DNA of 64,000 bases. It comes from Polyangiaceae bacterium (GTDB lineage Bacteria; Myxococcota_A; Polyangia; Polyangiales; Polyangiaceae). Each line of letters begins with the position of its first letter. Position 1 is the stretch's first letter. The translations under genes were made by a program, and so were the position numbers. Below the pieces are notes generated by a model. It ran no database searches. It was not told where the DNA came from and worked only from the letters and a program-made list of their open reading frames with translations. Positions 57,854-64,000 of the stretch are shown here, one piece after another. The stretch is from NCBI GenBank assembly GCA_035063585.1, contig JAPSGB010000023.1:1-64000 (forward strand), in the 5' to 3' direction.

Positions 57854-58912
57854 TCAGCCACCGCACTTCTTCGCGCTGGAGTCGTACTTGCCGTCGATCT
57901 TGATCGCGCTCGCCGCGAACTTGGTCTCGAGGTGGTAGGCGTCCTGGCAGCCGCCGGCGCTGTTCGTGGCCGCGCACCAGTCGCCGGTGGGCAGCCCGCC
58001 CTTCGCGGCGTAGCCGTCCGAAGTCTTGCAGGTGCCGTCGGTGCCCTTCCAGTTCTTCACGTCGCCGCTGAGGAGCACGCAGAGCGAGTAGCCGAGGCTC
58101 GTGATCATGACCGTGTCGGACTCCGCCACGGTCACGTACGCGCTATACTGGCCGCCGTTCGTCCAGGCAAACTCACCCTGGGGCGGCACGCAGGAGAGGG
58201 ATGGGCTCAGCGTCTTGCCGTCGAACGCGCCGATGCAGTTGTTGCTCTCCGAGAGCGTCGCCTCGAGGCTGACCTCGTGCAGCGGCAGGAGCACGTACTG
58301 GTCGAGCTTGTCCTCGAGGTAGATGGGGAGGACGAGATCCGGCTTCGGCGGAGTCGCCTTGCTGCCCGCGTCGAAGATGGCGGTGAACTTGCCGCCGTCT
58401 TCGGTGTAGGAGGTGCTGGTCGGGCCGATCTCGATCTTCGAGTCCGGATCGGTGAATTCCGCGTAGCAGGTGCCGCCCGCGGCCGGCCCGATGAGCGCCT
58501 GCGGGACGCCTCCGCCGACCGTGAGCGTCTTCGTCGCGGTGTCGAGCTCGAACAGCGTGTTGAACTGGGCGTCGCCGTTCTGGAAGCAGGTGGGCTCGGC
58601 GAGCGTGGTCTTCTTGGTGATGATGGCGTCCTGCATGAAGGGCGACGAGAGCACCGCGGGCGCGGAGAGCTCGAGCTGGCTCATGCGGAACTGGAGCTTG
58701 GTCGCGCCCGTGTTGTCCGCCTTGGCGAGGCAGGCCGCGCCGGGACCGCTCGCGCCCTCCGGGCCGTAGCACTCCGCCGCGGTCGGCACGCAGTCGGTGA
58801 GCCCGCCACCGCCGCCGCCGCTGCCGCCGCCATCGCCGCCGTCATCGCTGCTGCATCCGAGTGGGGCGAGCGCCATGCTGGCGGTGAGAGCGAACGCAAG
58901 GAAACGAGTCAT
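57854..58912 (-). CDS. Cys-rich lipoprotein
   Basis: AGGAG upstream; MTRFLAFALTASMALAPLG-C; Gly linker; 12 further Cys. Confidence 0.82.
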   Translation of the reverse strand: MTRFLAFALTASMALAPLGCSSDDGGDGGGSGGGGGGLTDCVPTAAECYGPEGASGPGAACLAKADNTGATKLQFRMSQLELSAPAVLSSPFMQDAIITKKTTLAEPTCFQNGDAQFNTLFELDTATKTLTVGGGVPQALIGPAAGGTCYAEFTDPDSKIEIGPTSTSYTEDGGKFTAIFDAGSKATPPKPDLVLPIYLEDKLDQYVLLPLHEVSLEATLSESNNCIGAFDGKTLSPSLSCVPPQGEFAWTNGGQYSAYVTVAESDTVMITSLGYSLCVLLSGDVKNWKGTDGTCKTSDGYAAKGGLPTGDWCAATNSAGGCQDAYHLETKFAASAIKIDGKYDSSAKKCGG

Positions 58913-59045
58913 CGTCGGGCTCCTGGTAGGACGCCCCGAGGCGGGGCAGAGGATCCTTACTTGCTTTCTCGGCGGGAGCCAACCGCCGTCTCGGGAGCCT
59001 CGGGGGCTCGGCTCGGCGCGAAACCGGGCCGGGGCGGTCGCTCGG

Positions 59046-59972
59046 CTAGCCGAACGCGACCAGCGTGCGGAGCTCGTCGAGCCGGCCGCCGATGGCGCTC
59101 GACTCGAGCGTGGTGAGCCGCCGCGTCCCGACGTCCTCCACGCAGAACGACGCCACCGCCGCGGCGGTCATGAGGGCGCGCCGCAGGGTCGACCGGGCGA
59201 GGTTGCCCTCGGCGGCGAGGTAGCCCATGAGCGCGCCGGCGAAGGTGTCGCCCGCGCCGGTCGGATCGATCTCGACCTCGAGCGGGTAGGCCGGCGCGAA
59301 GAACACCCCGTGCTCGTCGAAGAGGAGCGCGCCGTACTCGCCTCGCTTCACGACCAGCCGCTTCGGCCCCATCCCGAGCACGCTCGCCGCGGCGCGTCGC
59401 ACGTTGTGATCGCCGGCGAGCTGGCGGAGCTCCTCGTCGTTGATGACCAGCGTGTCGATGCGGGCGAGGAGCCGCTCGAGCGCCGGCCGCTCGCCCTCGA
59501 TCCAGAAATTCATGGTGTCGGCGGCGACCAGACGCGGTCGCTCGATCTGCTCGAGCACCTCGAGCTGCAGCGCCGGGTGGATGTTGCCGAGCAGCACGAA
59601 CTCGCTGTCGCGGTATTCGCTCGGCAAGACCGGGCGAAAATCCCCGAACACGTTGAGCTGGGTGTCGAGCGTGGTCCGGCTCGCGAGGTTCTCGGAGTAG
59701 CGACCCGCCCAGCGGAACGTCCGCCCGCTCGCCCGCTCGACGCCGCTCACGTCGACCCCGCGGGTGCTGAGCGCCTCGAGCGTCGCCTCGGGGAAGTCCG
59801 CGCCGACCACCGCCACGATCCGCGCGGGCGCGAACAGGGTCGTGGAGAGCGAGGCGTAGGTGGCCGAGCCGCCGACCACGTTCTCGTGCGCGCCGCTCGG
59901 CAGCTCGAGATCGTCGAAGGCCATCGAGCCGACGATGAGGACCGGCGAGGGGTGCGTGTTCGGTGAGGTCAT
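59046..59972 (-). CDS. PfkB/ribokinase-family kinase
   Basis: IVGSMAFD, GGSATY, VVKRGEYGA, DPTGAGDTFAG; ATGA overlap with mtnP. Confidence 0.93.
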   Translation of the reverse strand: MTSPNTHPSPVLIVGSMAFDDLELPSGAHENVVGGSATYASLSTTLFAPARIVAVVGADFPEATLEALSTRGVDVSGVERASGRTFRWAGRYSENLASRTTLDTQLNVFGDFRPVLPSEYRDSEFVLLGNIHPALQLEVLEQIERPRLVAADTMNFWIEGERPALERLLARIDTLVINDEELRQLAGDHNVRRAAASVLGMGPKRLVVKRGEYGALLFDEHGVFFAPAYPLEVEIDPTGAGDTFAGALMGYLAAEGNLARSTLRRALMTAAAVASFCVEDVGTRRLTTLESSAIGGRLDELRTLVAFG

Positions 59973-60841
59973 GGGTGATTTCGTCGTGGGCGGGCGTCGA
60001 GGAGCCAGGCGAGCCGCGCGCGCGCCTCGGCGTCCATCGAGTCGTGGGGGGTGATGAGGGCGTCGTCGAGCGCCGAGCTCGCCGGGCTCGCGATGGGGTC
60101 GGGCAGCGCGCCCGCGAGCTCGGCGACGATGCGCCTCGCGAGCGCGGCGTTGGCGCGGAGGACGGCGAGCACGGCGTCGACCGTGACCGCCTGCTCCGTC
60201 GCGTGCCAGGCGTCGTAGTCGGTGGGGAGCGCGATGGTGGCGTAGGGGAGCTCGGCCTCGCGCGCGAGCTTGGCCTCGGGCATGGCCGTCATGCCGATCA
60301 CCGAGGCGCCCCAGCTCCGATAGAGGTGGCTCTCGGCGCGCGTGGAGAACTGCGGCCCTTCCATGCAGACGTAGGTGCCTCCGGCGTGCGCCGTCGCGCC
60401 GGCGCGTCGCGCGGCGGCGAGGGCCGCGCGCGCGAGCTTGGCGCACACGGGCTCGGCGAAGCCGACGTGCGCCACCAGCCCCTCCTCGAAGAAGCTGGAG
60501 ACGCGGCGGCGGGTGAGGTCGATGTACTGATCGACGATGACCACGCTCCCGGGCAGGATGTCATCCTTCATCGAGCCGACCGCCGAGAGGCTCACCACCT
60601 GCTCGGCGCCGAGGCGTTTCAGCGCGCAGATGTTGGCGCGGTAGTTTACCCCGTGCGGCGGGAGCCGGTGACCTCGGCCGTGGCGAGGCAGAAAGAGGAG
60701 CGTCGTCTCCCCCAGGCGCCCGCGGATGAGCGCGTCGCTCGGAGCGCCGTAGGGAGTCTCTGCGCGGAGCTCTTCGACCTCGGTGAGCCCCGGGATATCG
60801 TAGATCCCGCTGCCGCCGATGACTCCGAGGACGCGCGTCAT
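59969..60841 (-). CDS. mtnP: S-methyl-5'-thioadenosine phosphorylase
   Basis: GVIGGSG, TPYG.PS, PRHGRGH, NYRANI, EGPQFSTRAES, GMTAMPEAKLAREAE, TDYD.W. Confidence 0.95.
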   Translation of the reverse strand: MTRVLGVIGGSGIYDIPGLTEVEELRAETPYGAPSDALIRGRLGETTLLFLPRHGRGHRLPPHGVNYRANICALKRLGAEQVVSLSAVGSMKDDILPGSVVIVDQYIDLTRRRVSSFFEEGLVAHVGFAEPVCAKLARAALAAARRAGATAHAGGTYVCMEGPQFSTRAESHLYRSWGASVIGMTAMPEAKLAREAELPYATIALPTDYDAWHATEQAVTVDAVLAVLRANAALARRIVAELAGALPDPIASPASSALDDALITPHDSMDAEARARLAWLLDARPRRNHP

Positions 60842-60887
60842 AGGACGGCTCGCCTAACACGCGAGGGCCGCCAGGATCAACTCGGGC

Positions 60888-61520
60888 TCACCCGCCCGCA
60901 GGGTTCGGCCCACCCGCGCGCAGGAGCCGCTCGGCGGCGCTCGCCATCCGCGCCCGCCGGCACTCCTCAGCGCGGAAGATCGAGACGAGCTGCACGGTGG
61001 CGGTCTCGACGTCGTCGTTGACGAGCACGTAATCGAACTCGCCATAATGGCCGATTTCCTCGCGCGCGCCGCGGAATCGCCGCTGCACGGTCGACTCGTC
61101 GTCGCTCGCGCGCCCGCGGAGCCGCTCGAGCAGCACCTCGAGGGTGGGCGGGAGGATGAAGACCGCGACCGCGCTCGGCTCGACGCTCTTGATCTGCCGC
61201 GCGCCCTGGTGGTCGATGTCGAAGATGATGCCGCGCGCGCCCGCCGCGCGGTCGATCTCGGCGCGGCTCGTCCCGTAGAGGTTACCGTGGACCTCCGCCC
61301 ACTCGAGGAACCCATCGGACTCCACCAGCCGGCGAAATCCGGCCGCGTCCACGAAGTGATATTCGCGGCCGTCGCGCTCTCCCGCGCGAGGCGCGCGCGT
61401 CGTGTGAGACACGCTGAAGCGAAGCTCGGGGATCGCCTCGCGAAGTCGACCGGTGAGGGTCGTCTTGCCTGCCCCGGACGGCGAGGAGACGATGAAGAGG
61501 AGGGGGGCGCTACTCGACAT
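60888..61520 (-). CDS. gmk: Guanylate kinase
   Basis: SSPSGAGKTT, SVSHTTRAPR.GE.DG.EYHF, EWAEVHGNLYGT, DIDHQG. Confidence 0.97.
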   Translation of the reverse strand: MSSSAPLLFIVSSPSGAGKTTLTGRLREAIPELRFSVSHTTRAPRAGERDGREYHFVDAAGFRRLVESDGFLEWAEVHGNLYGTSRAEIDRAAGARGIIFDIDHQGARQIKSVEPSAVAVFILPPTLEVLLERLRGRASDDESTVQRRFRGAREEIGHYGEFDYVLVNDDVETATVQLVSIFRAEECRRARMASAAERLLRAGGPNPAGG

Positions 61521-62382
61521 TTTGGACCTGCTCCCGCATGCGCTCGATCTCCGCCTTCATCTCCACGACGAGGTGGGCGAGCGCCGCGTCCTGACTCTTG
61601 GCGCCGATGGTGTTCGTCTCGCGCGCCACCTCTTGCAAGAGAAAATCGAGCTGCCGTCCGACCGCGGCGTCCGAGCCGATGAGCGATGCGAGCTGCTCGA
61701 AGTGGCTGCCGAGCCGCACCAGCTCCTCGGTGACGTCGCTGCGATCGGCGAGCAGCGCGAGCTCGACCTCGAGCCGACCGCGCTCGAGCTCGAGGGTACG
61801 ATCCGCGAGCAAGCGCTCGAGCCGCTCGCGGAGCCGGCCGAGCGCAGCCTCTGCGAGTCCGCGGGTCCCGCCTTGGAGCCTCGCGCGGAGCTCGCGGAGC
61901 GCGACGAGGCGCTCTTCGAGCTCGCGGGCGAGCGCTGCGCCCTCCGCCACGCGCATCGAGTCGAGGGTGGAGAGTGCCCGGTCGAGCGCGAGGCCGAGCG
62001 CGCGCTCGGCGCCGGCCTGATCCAAGGGCGAGCGCGGGCGATAGAGATCCGGCAGCGAGCTCAGCACGGTGACGGGGAGGGGAGTGCCGGGCGCGAGCTC
62101 GTCGCGGAGCCGGGCGAGCTCGTGATACGCGCTCCTCGCGCGGGCGACGTCCAGCTCGGCCGCCGAGAGCGCGGCGCCGTCCAGGCGGACCCCGATGTCG
62201 TAGCGACCGCGCGACAGGCGCGCGCGCGCGAGCTGCTCGACGAGCGCCGCGTGATCGGAGAGCTCCGGCGGCATGCGGACGCGGACGTCGAGGTAGCGGT
62301 GATTGAGCGAGCGGACTTCGAGCGAGAGTCGGCCCGAGCCGAGCTCCGCCGCGCCGGCGCCGAACCCGGTCATGCTCCTCAC
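61510..62382 (-). CDS. yicC: YicC/YloC-family endoribonuclease
   Basis: MRSMTGFG, EVRSLNHRYLD, DVTEELVRL.SH, GRQLDFLLQE..RETNTIG.K, EIERMREQVQNVE. Confidence 0.95.
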   Translation of the reverse strand: MRSMTGFGAGAAELGSGRLSLEVRSLNHRYLDVRVRMPPELSDHAALVEQLARARLSRGRYDIGVRLDGAALSAAELDVARARSAYHELARLRDELAPGTPLPVTVLSSLPDLYRPRSPLDQAGAERALGLALDRALSTLDSMRVAEGAALARELEERLVALRELRARLQGGTRGLAEAALGRLRERLERLLADRTLELERGRLEVELALLADRSDVTEELVRLGSHFEQLASLIGSDAAVGRQLDFLLQEVARETNTIGAKSQDAALAHLVVEMKAEIERMREQVQNVE

Positions 62383-63341
62383 GACGCGCCCCGCGCTCCG
62401 CCGAGCCGCCGGAGAAACTCCGCGGTCGGAGCGAGGCCTGCCCGCCAGGTGACCCGAGGCTCGTAGCCGATGAGCTCGCGCGCTCGGGAGATGTCCGCCG
62501 ACGAGTGCAGGATGTCACCCCTACGGGGCGGCTCGGAGCGGACCTCCGGGCGCTTGCCGAGGAGCTCACCGATGGCTCCGATGAGCTCGCTTAGCACCAC
62601 CGTGCTTCCGGACGCGACGTTGACGAGCTCCCCGGTCAGGCGGCGCGGGGTCGCGGCGGCGAGGAGGTTCGCGTGGACCACGTTGTCGACGAAGCAAAAA
62701 TCCCGCGTCTGCGTGCCGTCTCCGAACACCGTGAGCGGGGCGCCTGCGAGCGCCGCCGAGAGGAAGCGCGGGATGGCCGCGGCGTAGGCGCCGTCCGGGC
62801 GCTGCCCGGGGCCGAAGATGTTGAAGTAGCGGAGCCCGATGGTCTCGAGTCCGTACAAGCTCGAGAACACCGACAGGTAGTGCTCGCCCGCGAGCTTCGA
62901 GACCGCGTAGGGTGACAGCGGTCTCGGCGTCATGGACTCGCGCTTCGGCTGCTCGGGCGCATCTCCGTAGACCGCCGAGGAGGCCGCGAATACGACGCGG
63001 CGAGCGCCCGCGCGTCGCGCGGCCTCGAGCACGAGCACCGTGCCGCCGACGTTCACCGCGTCGGCCCGCACCGGCTCTTCGATGCTGAGCGGGACGGAGC
63101 CGATGGCGGCGTGATGAAACACCACCTCGATGCCGGACATCGCGCGCTCCAGCACCTGCGCGTCGCAGATGCTCCCCAGCATGAGCTCGACGTTCTCGGC
63201 GCCCGCCGCCTCCCTGAGGTTCTCGGCGTGGCCGAAGGAGAGGTCGTCGAGCACGCGCACGCGCTCGCCGGTGCGGCCGAGCGCCAGCGCCAGGTTCGAC
63301 CCGATGAAGCCCGCGCCGCCAGTGACCAGGTAGCGGGTCAT
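62379..63341 (-). CDS. NDP-sugar epimerase (UDP-GlcNAc 4-epimerase-like extended SDR)
   Basis: LVTGGAGFIGS, HHAAIGSVP.S, ASSAVYG, PYAVSK (YxxxK), LRYFNIFGP.Q, GDGTQTRDF. Confidence 0.93.
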   Translation of the reverse strand: MTRYLVTGGAGFIGSNLALALGRTGERVRVLDDLSFGHAENLREAAGAENVELMLGSICDAQVLERAMSGIEVVFHHAAIGSVPLSIEEPVRADAVNVGGTVLVLEAARRAGARRVVFAASSAVYGDAPEQPKRESMTPRPLSPYAVSKLAGEHYLSVFSSLYGLETIGLRYFNIFGPGQRPDGAYAAAIPRFLSAALAGAPLTVFGDGTQTRDFCFVDNVVHANLLAAATPRRLTGELVNVASGSTVVLSELIGAIGELLGKRPEVRSEPPRRGDILHSSADISRARELIGYEPRVTWRAGLAPTAEFLRRLGGARGAS

Positions 63342-63350
63342 GGGCGAGGC

Positions 63351-63860
63351 TCAGAGCCCCTTTCTACGCTTGAGGTCCTCCATCATCCGCTTGTACTCGA
63401 CCTCCCACATGCTCGTGCCTTCCTTCACGTGCTTCAGCTGCCCGCGCACCTCGGCTTGGAGCTCCGCCTCCGCCGATGCCTGCTTGCGGAGCGGCTCGCG
63501 CAGCTTGCGCCGGAGCACGACATCCTCCGCGAACACCTCGTCCACGTTGTTCGAGTGCATCAGCATCTCGAGGAGCTGGTCGAGCAGGTAGTCGATGGCG
63601 TCGTCGCCCAGCTTGATGCCGCGCTCATCGGCGACCAGCCGCTTCATCTTCCCGAGCTCGGTCGACGGCAGCCCCCGCTGCGCCACGAGATCGCGGGCCT
63701 TGTCCGCGATCTCCTGTTCGTCGCGCGCGTACTGGCTGAGCACCGCCTCGATGTCGGCCTGGACCTCCCTCGGCGCTTCACATTCGATGTCGTGGTCGGC
63801 GATGATGGCGTTCAGCATCTCGCGCGCGAGCTGCGGGATCTTGGCGCTGTGGAGGCGCAT
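63351..63860 (-). CDS. DUF507-like protein
   Basis: MRLH..KIP.LA..ML..., helical and acidic, ends EYKRMME.LKRRKGL; family recalled from pattern only. Confidence 0.7.
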   Translation of the reverse strand: MRLHSAKIPQLAREMLNAIIADHDIECEAPREVQADIEAVLSQYARDEQEIADKARDLVAQRGLPSTELGKMKRLVADERGIKLGDDAIDYLLDQLLEMLMHSNNVDEVFAEDVVLRRKLREPLRKQASAEAELQAEVRGQLKHVKEGTSMWEVEYKRMMEDLKRRKGL

Positions 63861-64000
63861 GGTGGGCGAGTCCTACCGTCTCATCGCCCGTGCCGCATTC
63901 AATTTCGGCTCCGGCGCGACGCCGGCTGGTCGCTCCCCGGACCAGGTCAGCGCGAGCGCGACCGGCGCGAACCCAAGCGGAGCCGTCGAAATACGGCCTC

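Overview
This is a very GC-rich, gene-dense chromosomal window whose gene content and protein style suggest a myxobacterium, probably Polyangia/Sorangiineae-like (an inference from MYXO-CTERM-like motifs, Gly/Cys-rich lipoproteins and an AgmX-like protein). It holds about 57 protein genes. Housekeeping genes include leuS, lnt, pyrF, an rlmB-like methyltransferase, proA-rsfS-rlmH, tatBC, ccmC with a CcmD-like gene, an ispB-like synthase, mtnP, gmk and yicC. I saw no rRNA, tRNA, CRISPR array, transposase or integrase. Two loci stand out. (1) 12.4-19 kb: an orphan SctJ/YscJ-type ring lipoprotein gene is translationally coupled to the first of two MlaF-like ABC ATPases, followed by an MCE/MlaD gene, with no permease. 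The two ATPases carry complementary motif defects, and the genes lie downstream of a C-lobe-only pseudokinase/GYF/TonB-C-like membrane protein. (2) 53.3-57.6 kb: a 1413-aa lipoprotein has BPI/LBP (TULIP)-like N- and C-barrel motifs, an internal MYXO-CTERM-like signal followed by a second lipoprotein-like signal (a possible polyprotein), and a segment of atypical composition in its N-terminal domain. All family calls come from motif recognition by eye; no searches were run. Many starts were moved from the ORF track to internal start codons.
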